Assembly (NCBI GenBank): GCA_051362555.1
Contig: CM120645.1
Coordinates: 9,114,001 to 9,178,000, forward strand
Source of the DNA: Lingula anatina
Lineage: Eukaryota; Animalia; Brachiopoda
Direction of reading: 5' to 3'
DNA length: 64,000 nucleotides
The stretch's first letter is position 1, and each line of letters opens with the position of its first letter. Below the pieces are notes generated by a model, which did not search any database, was not told the origin of the DNA, and worked only from the letters and a program-made list of their open reading frames with translations. Position numbers and translations under genes: made by a program. This document shows positions 22,191-34,530 of this stretch, in pieces.

Positions 22191-22721
22191 TGTTATAGTG
22201 AGAAATGACGACAGCAGTTTGGAGCATTCGAACGTTTATTCACCGACTCTCTCTTCTTACAACTTCACAAATATTTATACTCAATTTCTCCGTACTGATC
22301 ACGCATTTACTTGTTTTCTTTTCCATTGTCTTTGCGTGATTACAAAATATTTTCTATTCTCATGTTGCAAGTCACTATGCAACATTTCCTTATTAGGTAA
22401 TCCCTAAGAAACTTGTTTTCAATTAAAGATATCTAAAATATTATTTGGATTACTCATGCTTGGACCTTATCCAAAACTCAGCTATCATGTGATAAATAGA
22501 TGATCAAAATTATTATATGTTATGAAATTAACCAATCACATTAACTGTTACTGACTTTGACCTTTTCCATCTTTTTCTGACACTAAAAACATGTTCTACA
22601 CTTGTTGACTCTTGGAGAAACTTAACTTACACTCAATAACTCTTTGTCCCTTTTACTCATTTGATTCCGCTTTAATTATTATCTGTGATTAGTGAAAGTG
22701 TAAGTAATTTGCTTTACAACA
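22191..22721 (-). repeat. 5' LTR of the outer Gypsy element
   Basis: Direct repeat of 9951-10481, followed by TSD TTAT. Confidence 0.95.
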
Positions 22722-24750
22722 TTATTGCCCTCTGTTTTGTACAGTTATTTACAAATTGAAACAAAAATAATAACTGATGACGTTATAAAAGCGATGCGTC
22801 CAAATACTCTTCTCTCCAATGAAGACTGAGCGGTTCCACAAGCGAACTTAAGTCTGAAGTTGGTCTCAAATGGATCACAACTATTCATAGAGATTTGAGA
22901 CTCAAAATTCCACAATAAACACATTGTAAAATTCTCATGCCAATATGATGAGTTCCATTTTACCACCAAAACGGCGTTTATCGCAATTATTCTGAAATCT
23001 GTGCTTGCCATTGGACCACGTGGACCTTCATTGATGGCTACCCTCCTTAATAATCATTTAAAAGATTACTACAAAAACACATTTGAAAAAACGATCAACT
23101 TACTTTAAATGTCGGAACAGATTCATTAATCATTGGGAATTAACCATGGAAACATCGTCGTTTACCCCAGAAAAATCCGTTTTATGGCACTTTTCCCGCC
23201 AAAATGAAGAGTTGTTGTCCCTTTAACTATTTTAAGTGAACAGATCGAAGAATCCAGTGTACTTGCGCTACAATCATTTTCAATTCGAGAAAGAGTAGTT
23301 CTTTGATGTCCTTTCCAAACCGTCATCTCGATCCTTTTGGGCCGTTTTCATATCGCCCAAGAGGTAGAAATGTCAGAAAACATCCTTAGATGTCTAGTTA
23401 TCTTTCCTTGTAGGCCCATATACGGTTAAAGTTCACTCAAAATTAAGACCATCACTTCCTGTGATCAAATGTTTTTTTACCAACACACATATTAAGATCC
23501 TTTCATCTCTTCGTCGATTTTCGTTCCCTTTAGTAATTTGCAATTTCGAATAACGCAATTTTCTGATCTTGCAACTTTTAGTCGGCCTTTTTACGGCACT
23601 ATCTGCCTGAAACGCTTCAGTGTCAGCTTAGTTCACTTGTATTAAATTGATATTTGATAATGGGACTAATCTGATTCCTATATGATGTGGACTGCGGACT
23701 TAGTTCATCGGTGATTTTAACCGATGCTGTTTACTGATGTCAGGAGTAATTTGACGCAAAAGGGATAAAAGATAAAATATTTTTGTAAAACGCCTATAAT
23801 CCTCCAAAAAGTGAACCGAAAGGAAATTATCAATATCAAAAATCGATGCATTGTATATTGCACAAGTGTCATGCCAAAATTGGTAGGTCTGTCAAAATAC
23901 ATGTAGGTATGTCTAGTGGTTAACAAGAGCGAAAAAAAAAGCAAATTTGAGTTTGTTCAACTTTTGCAAGTCTTTATTTGAAAATATATGTAAATAATAT
24001 AAATGAAGGTAAAACTGACGGTAATGGGGTAGTGAAAACGAGGCTGCCAAGATAACGATTTAAATGTTACGCTTGCAAATTTGAGGCCGTCCAAAGAGCC
24101 GGTTGAACACTGAAAAAATAGTCATCAAAATATTAGTTCTGAGCTCTGAGCCATCATGCATGTATTTATCAAATTTCTATTATCAACTCCAACTAATTAT
24201 TTTGATGCCCCTTTAATAAAATAATTCTTGATGAGGTTTCATTTTATTTGCCAGTTAACAGTGGAATACACAGAGTCGTAGGCTACTTAGTTTGGCAAAG
24301 TAGGTGCATGTTTCGGAGAGCCAAATTGCATGCAGAAGACCTGAATAGATTTTCAACAGACAAACGGCACCGTAATGCTACAGGGGTTACTGTATAGGCC
24401 CTACTACAGCCCAGTTAGCTGAGTAGTGACATTAATTCCATGCAAAAATTCTCGCTGGACAGTAGAAAAATGTCAACAATACGCCAGAGACATATATGTG
24501 AATATCTGGTGAAAAGTCGCTCTGTGGCCCTGGTAGGGGGTATGCAGCGTCCAAGATAGAGGTGCAGTGAATTATCATTAAGTAGGCCATAATATTAATC
24601 TTTAACGTAAGACCCACATATTTAAGCCTTGGGCACACAGTACATAGTCTAGCACCATATCACATACAAGTCGGTGAAACTGGGTTAGAAGCCAATATCC
24701 TCATTACAGGCATTAATATTGTATATGCCGGCATCAACCGTGCTGTAACT

Positions 24751-26049
24751 ATGGCCTCCTCATCTACGAAAACCATTCCCCGCATCAAGGCGGTTCGGGC
24801 ATATGCCACCCAGGGAGAAAAGGGAGACCAGGGATACATGGCCGACTGCCACGATGTAGAGGACGAACACTGGATCAATGGCTTTCCGACACCAGTTGCA
24901 AACCCCATGTCTGGGCACCCTCAGTACGCCGCTACGAGAAAATCCTGGGGGATCAACGCCCTTGGGACGCTCGTGGTTGAGGTTGAAGCAGACGACGGCA
25001 CTGTCGGCGTTGGGATCACCATTGGGGGAGAACCTGGGTGCTTCATAGTGGAGAAGCATCTTAGCCGTTTCATCGAGGGCCAGGACCCCAGAAATGTCGA
25101 GATGATGTGGGACCAAATGTTCCGGTCAACTTTGAACTATGGTCGAAAGGGACTTCCTCTGCAAGCAATCAGCGCCGTTGACCTCGCCCTCTGGGACCTC
25201 CTTGGAAAATTGCGAGGTGAACCCGTTTTTGCTCTTCTTGGCGGGAAAACCAAAGATCGCCTGCCAGTGTATTGCACCACAGCTCGACCAGATATTGCCA
25301 AAGAGTTGGGGTTCGTGGGGAGCAAGATCCCCTGTCCATACGGGCCTTCTGCTGGGAACGAGGGTTTAAAGAAGAACGCTGAATTTGTAAAAGGTTGGCG
25401 CGAGAAAGTTGGCCCCGACTTCCCGCTTATGCTGGATTGCTACATGGCCTTGACTGTCCCGTACGCCATCAGCCTTGCCCGAGAGCTAGAACCCTTCAAT
25501 ATAAAGTGGATGGAGGAGTTTCTTCCCCCTGACGACTATGATGGCTACGCCGCCGTCAGACAGGCTCTGCAAGGCTCTAAGCTGCTTCTCACCACGGGGG
25601 AGCACGAATACACGCGGTACGGGTATCGCCAACTCATAGCCAACAGGTGCGTGGACATCCTCCAACCGGATATCACGTGGTTGGGAGGGATGACCGAGGC
25701 CCGACGCATCGTGGCCATGGCGTCCGCTTATGATATCATGGTCATTCCGCACGGCTCCAGCGTCTACTCATACCACCTTCAGTACGCCTTCAGCAACTGC
25801 CCCCTCGCAGAGTTCATCAACCTTAGCCCAAAGGCCGATAAGATCATCCCTTACTTTGGGGATCTCTTCACGGATGAGCCCCTACCCAAAGGCGGATTCA
25901 TCGACCTACCGGATCGACCCGGATTCGGCGTCACTTTGCGTAAAGATCAGCTTGTGAGGCCGTATCCGCGCAGTGATGAGGAGTCCAAGAGGCAAGCTGA
26001 CAGGAACCGAAATGCTCCAGCACCTACCCAAGCGAAGATGCCATTTTAA
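24751..26049 (+). CDS. rhmD: L-rhamnonate dehydratase (mandelate racemase subgroup, enolase superfamily); single coding exon
   Basis: 432-aa ORF with RhmD/LRA3 hallmarks: DCHD..HWI, NPMS, SWGINALGTLVVEVEA, GCFIVEKHLSRFIEG, YGRKG, VDLALWDL, ARPDIAKELGF, metal ligands in LMLDCYM / WMEE / TGEH, catalytic QPD and PHGSSVYS, PGFGV. AATAAA at 26298-26303. Confidence 0.92.
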   Translation: MASSSTKTIPRIKAVRAYATQGEKGDQGYMADCHDVEDEHWINGFPTPVANPMSGHPQYAATRKSWGINALGTLVVEVEADDGTVGVGITIGGEPGCFIVEKHLSRFIEGQDPRNVEMMWDQMFRSTLNYGRKGLPLQAISAVDLALWDLLGKLRGEPVFALLGGKTKDRLPVYCTTARPDIAKELGFVGSKIPCPYGPSAGNEGLKKNAEFVKGWREKVGPDFPLMLDCYMALTVPYAISLARELEPFNIKWMEEFLPPDDYDGYAAVRQALQGSKLLLTTGEHEYTRYGYRQLIANRCVDILQPDITWLGGMTEARRIVAMASAYDIMVIPHGSSVYSYHLQYAFSNCPLAEFINLSPKADKIIPYFGDLFTDEPLPKGGFIDLPDRPGFGVTLRKDQLVRPYPRSDEESKRQADRNRNAPAPTQAKMPF

Positions 26050-26642
26050 TCTGTTTTGGGACAATGCCAAAGACTGGAAATACAGAGGGGTTGGGGGTGG
26101 TGTTATGATTTGTTTAGTGCCAAAATTGATTCCCAGCGTGCCATCTTAAAATTCTGCAATTATAGCAAAAATGTGTGTCTCAGGCTAGCATTGTAAAAAT
26201 GATGACCAAATATGAATCATATCAGAAGACTAACACAAAACTTTATGAATTTGAAACACTTGATCAGCGGTGCAATTTATGGAATATTAGGGACTGTAAT
26301 AAAACAACACGTCTTTAAGTCAATGACTTTGAATCAATGATAAATTCTTTGAATGTGTAAAGCAATGTGTAAACGTAATCTTAGTATGCTGAGAGTCAAA
26401 CGCGGATGTCACGCGGACTGATATTTTCACTCCAACATAATTGTTTTTTTTTTTTTTTTTTTTACATATTTTATTTTTAATGTGTTATGTAATCATTTTC
26501 ACACAAAGGTGTGACTTTTCACATCCCGGTTCTTTTTATTTAAAATTTGAAATGCATTTGTTTTTAATTAGTAAAATAATCCACTAGGTCTACTTTATTA
26601 TATTTTTAGATCTTCATGTTAGCAGCTATTAAAACACTCATA

Positions 26643-26857
26643 GACCCCATTCCCAGACATTAGATCGATCTACTTTAGATCGACCTAACGCCCTGGGGGT
26701 TCATGCTAAATAGCTGTCAGCCGAGCGGGCACGAAAGTTAATTACCCCCTTACAGCTTGTAGTAGGCGGGACGGACATTTAAGCCGGATCATCTGACAGT
26801 AATCTAGTGAGACTCCCCGAGGGGATAGATCGATCTAAAAGCTCTGGGAATACACCC
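26643..26857. mobile_element. MITE-like dispersed repeat, copy 2
   Basis: ATTCCCAGA...TCTGGGAAT terminal inversions with internal tagatcgatcta palindromes; homologous to 4353-4598. Confidence 0.6.
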
Positions 26858-29800
26858 ATAGTGCATAGTTTAATGCAGTGTTGTAAAGAGAATAGCCAAT
26901 AAAAATATTTGAGCGTGGATTCCCCAACTTAAAACGCTGTCGACTCGAGTAAAAGGAGTGGATAAAATCAAATGCGATTGCGCACCTTTCGATCTGCCCA
27001 AGTCGCACCTAATGCAATGACTTGTTGTGATGTAAAAAAAAAAAACGTTTGTTTTATTATTTATTATCATTGTTTTTAATCTTTTCACATACTACGACAT
27101 CTTGAAGCTATTTTTACTGGAAAAGTAAACCTTTTTCAATCTAAAATTGCATTTGATTGGAAAAACAAGTGAAGCTTCATAGTATTATTTTGACTTCAAC
27201 AAAGTTAAAAGGAAATATACACCAGTACTACACAAACTGTATATTACTGTTATGACTACCTTGGACATAATATGTCCAAGTGACTACATACTGTAGTGGA
27301 AATTGTTAATGTCTCACCCAGGGGACAGTAACACCTTAGATGGCTTTTTATATATTAAGCCTACGAAAGTGGTCACGAAGTGTTACCTGTAAAATCCAAC
27401 ATTTATCTTCAGAATAAATGACTTTAAAGAGAAAACTGTTCTATTTGGGATGGAAAAGGTACATTGGGATTAAAAAATCCCAGTCAAATAGAATGAGCAA
27501 CCTTAATATATATAATCAATTAAAGCTTAAGCGCATAGGTCCTTAACGTTATTCAGCTGAGACAATTTGATATTATGTATTTAGTAATATTTAGTATTAA
27601 AATACAAAAAAATGTATCATCAGATATATATATTTATTGAGATTGCAAGCAAATAAAATGTGCACAAATTCATCAAACATACCCTGAGTACACTTAATAT
27701 TTATATATCGTTTCCAACAAAAGGAAACATTTTACTGTCACCAGATACTGGCGACATACAAGGTACAAGACCACCTCTGGTACTGTGCATTTATATATAT
27801 ACACTCACAGCCATGCCTATTTGTGCTTACTCATTGTTTGAGAAGCTTCACATTTCTAGCCATATTATACATGGAGAAAAAAAAACGGCATTAACAGGCC
27901 AGTATGACGTTAAAATGTTTACGGGGACGGGATCTTAATTCTTTCTGATTACACAGATTTGTAAAATCCCTTAAGAATGAACTGATAAACCAGAGGCTGT
28001 TTAAGCACTGAAATCATGCTGCTGTCCTTAAATATATTATTTACGCAACTTGTTTTTGACACATTTACTAGTAGTATTTACATTATACGCATAACCTATA
28101 GTTATGTTTTTATGTATTTATAGTTATGCGTTGACTGTCTGAAAATAGCGTATGCATGGTTGACCTATATTGTACAATGTGCAGAACAAAACATAACAGC
28201 TGTATATATACTATAGGTTCCACATGAATAAGTAACCATAAAACCTCCAATCCCCTGGACAAAATGCTCAGTCTAACTTGAAAAAAAATTATCATTGGAC
28301 CCTATCAGGTGAAAGAAATGTTATAAATTCAAACTCTTGCACTTGCATGGTTAGCTTACAATAAAGACAGAAGTAAAACACCCCCAGAATGCTTTGCTTA
28401 TTTACACAGAGGTACAACTGCCTTTAAACACCCTGATCACCAGAATATAAAATATTGAGAATGAAATAAACTCCCAGACACCAATCTAATAAAACGAGAT
28501 AACCCACCTATTAAAATAAATACAAAATAACCTTAGCAAATATCAATAATCAATAAAGTAAGCAACGATCCCTACACACTGTCGAGACACCATATCATCA
28601 TAACAACCATCTTGTAAGCTGTGACAAGCTGATAAAGCTCTATTCCTGGCAGAGACCATTATTATTACCTTCTTTATACACTATACCTAACTATATAATC
28701 ATTATCATGGCAGTACAACACAGCCATTTTTATTAACCTGGTTTTGAACTGGTTTGAAATCTATAGTTCAGCACCCCCACACCCCCCTTCACTTTGAGTT
28801 ATAATGTCTTCTCTCTTTCTATGTTACAATTTTTCACATGCACTGGCTTTGTGCAGGGGCCATCTCCGCAGATATCGAATGAATATAACTGAGAATGACT
28901 TCACATCTTACTTGAATAGCAAGCGGTCAAATGCAACAAAGAAAGTAGTGCATAATACAATGTAGGATTGTAATGTATACCAGTATATGAAAAAGAATTC
29001 AAGATAAAAATGTTTGCAAAACAAATTCCACATACAATACAATAACCCTCATTTTGATTAAGTGCACACCACCAAGACAATACTTAAAATTCAACAACTG
29101 AATGAATTTATATAGTATGTTCACTCCTTAAGTTGATTCTCTGCTTTAATATAAAGCTGGTATATAAGATAGAATAGAGGTACGTAAGGGGCAAATCTTT
29201 CAACACCCAGATACATAGTACCAACACTTACTTATATCATCACACCTGTCCAAAGATACCTGCCTTAACCCAAATTCTATTACATTTAAGTTCCATATAA
29301 TTAACGTGCTCTTAAACTTTGGAGACAAGAGCTTTTTTGTCTAATATCTTTCCACATTTCTAGACACTGAGATCACAACAGAAATACATACATGTATCTT
29401 TTGAAATAGAGAGGTAATAGTGGACGTTCCTGGTAAAACTCACACCAAGGAATGAAATAATTGTTACAGTAATGACATCAAAGTATAAATACAAGGAAAA
29501 CAATTATACTGGACTAGCCATCAAAATCCTACGGAAAAATTACCAAAGTGACAAAGGTCAACTTAAAAAGGTCAGGCGTAAGAAAAAGTCAAGGGTCAAA
29601 TGAATAAGGTCAAAGGTCAGATTTGACTTGACATAGCAAATGGTTACATCAGAGCATTATTATAAAAATGTGTGCAAATTTACACTTAAATCATAAATGA
29701 TTTATCACAGCTGAAAGACCTTGTCTTGACCCAAGAGTGCTAAAAATGGCAGTAGCCTTGAATGACACTGCTCATCACTTAAACATTTATGCTTCTTCAG

Positions 29801-30720
29801 TCTGCTGCTTCAATCAAAAGTAATGTTGAACAGTGTGTGCATGTGTTGCACACTTTCTGACGACCATTGCTCTAAATTTTCATACATAGCTGTAATGTAA
29901 GTTACATAATGAGCAAGAGATGTACAAAACATGGCATTATGTTGGCAATGCCACACCTGCTGGTACTACTAGCAAATTTTGATTATTTTTCAGTTTGACA
30001 GATTTAAGCAGGGTATCTAAAGCAACACTATAGAAAGCACTATTGGAGCTATCCACTAAATTAATGTATTACTTTTTGTTCTGAAAGGCCTGTTCCACCT
30101 GTTGCTATTTAATATACGTACATCTGCCATAATCCCTGCATCACATGCAACCTGCATGTAACATGTATGCAGATTTTCACGCAATTCATCATCTCTATTT
30201 CTTCAATTTTCTGCCATTTCTTCATAAAAATTGTAAACAGCGATGTCAATTTAATATTGGTATAGCTGCTTGTATGGCATACATATATACTCCTATCTAT
30301 GCTGAAGTCCCTATTACATGTGCACCCATCATGTCTTCTCCTTTTCTGAATCCAAGGCTATGTAAAAGCATGTATAAGGCAAAGTAACATCCAAACATGC
30401 TCAAGCTTTGCTACTGCCTATTTGGTACACAGCTTCTGGAGATCACATTCACTCACGATTGTCAAGAGCCATAAATTGGGCAGTTTGCAACCTTCAAACA
30501 TGGGCTGGTAGTTCGTATGGCATTAAGATCACATAGGGCATATCTCTATTAGCTTAAATCTAGTTTTCTGTAGACAAATAAATTGATAACAAGAATGGGT
30601 TAAGTTTTTTTCCACTTAAATGTTGAAAATGGATCAAATGACGAACAGGACACTGTCATCCAAACTCTCGATCCAAAACCAAAGCTACGTTGTCAGCTCC
30701 TTCGTCTGTTGTTACATTTT

Positions 30721-33700
30721 CTAGCCTCCAGTCAAGGAGAACAGTTTCTGTCTCACCCACTCGTACATGAGGAAATGGCAGGCATTGCCAGGAGCAGTTC
30801 GCAATAATGCTGGTCCAAGGCCCCTGTAGAGTGGCCTGACACCTAAACATGGAGAAATATTACACAATTAGCAATATATGGGAAACTAGACATTCAGGGA
30901 CTGGCAGTCTGTATTGGCTAATGATTTTTCTAACTACAATTGTTTGATCACCTTTTTCTGACACACAGTAAATTTAATTAATGGCAGTGTGACACCGCTT
31001 TACAGTTAACAAGACTGTTCTTTGACATTGTTCCATAATCAGTTACTCAAGACAATTTGACCTCCTGTAATAATGAAAGTAACAGACCAATGCATAAAAA
31101 ATATGAGTGGCCGAGAGGATTCTACCAGTTATTTTTGTTTGTAGGTTTTCAACAGAAACGATGAAAGCATTTTTTTTATGACACAACATCATCCAAAAAT
31201 CAGATCCTTGTATTAACAAAAAAATACAAAAGGAAATTATGAAACAAAAGTGAGAAAACAAAGGTTTATGTCATGAAAAAAAAATTGTGTAAAATTTCCA
31301 AGAGTGGCAAAAAAAGATCTGTCTGCAGTATCAAAAGACGCCTCACCCTCATTTTTATAAATCTTCATGATTGTGTCCACAAATTTCATTGGCTCAATGG
31401 TGGTGGCATTGACCTGGATTCTGGACTTGACGGCATCGACAGGAATCATGACGGTGTAGAATGCCATGCCTGCGAGAGCGCCCGACACCATGGTAGAAAC
31501 TGGACCTGAGAAAGGAATATACAGATATACAGTATTGTGTTAAGAGTTTGATCAAATTTCTTTTTAGATCTTAAAGGTGAAATTTTTGTATATGACATCA
31601 ATTAAATGTAGATAACAAACTTAATATTCATATTAAATTAGAGATCAAATACATACATGAACACACATTTTATTTGTACAATAATAACAGTTAGCCATTG
31701 AATAAAGGTTGTCAAAATTATCAAAAATACTCTCAATTCACTAGTTTTCACTGTTTAACATAGTATTAGTCAAAAGATTGCTCTAGTAAAAGAACACACA
31801 AGTTTTATACTATTTGTTTGCATACAAATAAGGATACTGAAACTTTATCTCTGTTTAAATAACCTTTATGTTTAAATTTCAGTAGGGAGAGAACAGAGAT
31901 ATCTGATAAAACTGAAAAATAATTCCGACAATTGAAGAATGAAGAAAACAGATATTTGCCAGATATCCAATAAAGGATATTTTTCAAGTACGTTTGTCTA
32001 TTTCAATTTTCCATTGCATAAACACTAACATAGGATACAAAAAGGGAAAGCAATCACCCCTCCCCTCCAAAAAAAAACAAAACAAAATCAGCTATCAATA
32101 TGATAACAGAATTAATTTTCATAAAAAGCAACACATGCACAAATAAAAACATAGCAGTCCTTGAACTCCTGTGACCTTCATTAAACAAGAAATAGTGCTG
32201 ACCAACAACCTACTGCCCTTTACGTGACTGGTCAAAACAAACTGGGAAATACCATATGGTCTGGGGCTAAAACATCCCAGCACCAGAATGAACCAGATCA
32301 AGCAGTATTTCAAGTAGTCGGCCCCAGACTCTTTTTATGACCAAATCATATCAGACATGTCATATCACCCTGCAATGATATATTGGAGCACCAAGGTGAC
32401 CCTTACTAGTTACCAGTACAGTGACTGTGCTAACCAAAACAACCTTTTCCTGACCAAAACCTATCAAAAATGATGCATGTTTCCAGCACTTATGGTAAAG
32501 CACTGAGGTACACTTTAAACTTATCCCCTTTTCATATGACCTTGGAAATACAAGATGCATGTATACAAAAAGAGCACAGCCATATATAATATTACTGTGT
32601 GACCCCCCTCTGCCAACAAACACACACAATGCCCTAGCTCTGACAACCATTTGTCTGCAAACAACAACCACACTCCTCAAGGCGATTTAGGACTTATAAC
32701 ACACTCTTCTTAAGCACACAATGATTGATCTATACATTTGCCAATAACCTCATATTTATTTTCATCAACATTAAATAACGGTTCTAAAATATAAGAGAAA
32801 AAGGTTATTTTTCCATCACCACTTATAAGTGGTGTCATTTTGACTTCCTCTCAGCAAGGAAAGCTCTATTTCCATCCATCCAAACTCATTCAAAAAAGAT
32901 ACAAACAAGAAGGTAAAACTAACAGAGAATAAATCACTCAAGAAAGTTTTTTCTAATATGATATGATATCAAAATCAATCATTTGGTCCAAAAACTATGA
33001 CTAGGTTTCAAAAGAAATAGTCACTGCAAAGTCACAGCGACATCCACATGCGCTTACATGTGAGAGCTGCATTAGACAGCGAAAAATAGCCCATGAAAGG
33101 TCAGCCTGACATTAGAGCTGTCTGGCACGTGAAAAACATGCTGTTTTGGCATCAACAAATCAATCCTGTGTTGGTAGTCATTGACTGCTGAACCTGCCAG
33201 TCAAAACAAGGTTATGTAATACTAAAGTGGCGCCATCTATTCTAGTCTACATAACAACAACAAGAGCTTCAAATGTCTGGGTAAATGCAGGAGCCAATTA
33301 AGTCTCTCCTCTCGGCTTGTTAAAACTCGCATAATACCTACTGTTACCAATTACAACCGACTAAACAGTATGAAAAAGAAATGACTTTACCGGCACAAGA
33401 ATTTAGTGTTTGTTAATATCTTAAGGGATATAAGGAATATTATTAGGTCAAATGGAATACTCTCACTTTCATTGTAAAAAAAATCTCCATCATATCTTTG
33501 TTACTTATCTTTATCAAGAAAAATATATTTACCAACATCAAGTCAGTGTGCCTTCCTCAAAACAAGTTAGAATGGGAATTGATTCTGGATGGCATGATTT
33601 TGATGCAACTCTTCCAGAGAAAAGGTCAGAATTTTACAGACAAATATTAATTATTATATTTATTATGCATTTTTGGTTGACTATATACAGAGTAAATTAG

Positions 33701-34489
33701 TGATGACTGTTTCACATTTGTCCTCTCTTCTTCACCTATAATCAAATGTGCCACTTTTAATTCTTACTTAAACATTTTAATTTATCTAAAATATCTTCAG
33801 ATTTTAACCAAAATTCAATAACAATTAAAAACCATGCAAAAAATGTCATCAGTCTACCTGGCCACTAGTTTCAATAAATAAATAAATAAATAAATAAATA
33901 AAATCTGGACCTGAAATTTTACTGATTAACTTCAACACGCTGTCAACTTTTGACCCATTTAGCTCTAAATCCATTCATCATCTGGGTCACATGGGTTACT
34001 CAATATTTGTTTACCTCCAGGATCAATACGTGTGCTGGCCCATTCCCTGCACGCAATATGAACAGTGTCAGTATAGTTCTGTGCATTATACGCTGGCTGA
34101 ATAAGTCATAACTTTCTGTTGGATTATGTGACTATATATATACATGTGACTATATAGTAGAGTGAGGTCTGCTACATTTACAATGTTACACAGTGTAATT
34201 GGTGGATTTTGACCAGCTGAGAAGATTCAACATGGAGAGAATCATTTTCACACTGTTCCCCACTTCGATGAAGTATAACAGGACATTACTTTGACTTAGG
34301 CTTATTTAAATTTTTAAAAAAATTATAGAGAGAAAGTGTTTTATTTGCATTTTTTTTTTTTTGTTTGAGGTTCATCATCCATTGCAGTTAGTACAAAATT
34401 CGTGCACATTGTCTTAAAACTTAGAATGTTTGTTCACCTTAGTTTGAAACAATACTCCTAGTTTCAAGGCTACACCAATGAACAAATTT

Positions 34490-34530
<41 letters not shown>

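Larger units (their letters stand above)
9951..22721 (-). mobile_element. Full-length autonomous Ty3/Gypsy LTR retrotransposon with chromodomain-bearing integrase
   Basis: Two 531-bp TG...CA direct repeats (9951-10481, 22191-22721); 4-bp TSD TTAT (9947-9950 / 22722-22725); PBS next to the right LTR, PPT next to the left LTR; single gag-pol ORF in PR-RT-RH-IN order. Confidence 0.97.

Noticed and set aside
22745-23011. 88-aa minus-strand ORF beside the 5' LTR
   Set aside because: No recognisable motif or convincing splice context.
24751-26049. Higher GC of rhmD as proof of HGT or contamination
   Set aside because: The protease exons are similarly GC-rich, and the flanks carry a host MITE and an AATAAA signal; composition is not diagnostic.
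26443-26463. Poly-T run as a retrocopy tail for rhmD
   Set aside because: Wrong strand for a poly-A tail of a + strand gene, and no TSD seen.
33225-33245. CTCF-like word (tagatggcgccac on minus) in an SLC25 intron
   Set aside because: Only a partial match to a short motif; unsupported without ChIP or conservation data.
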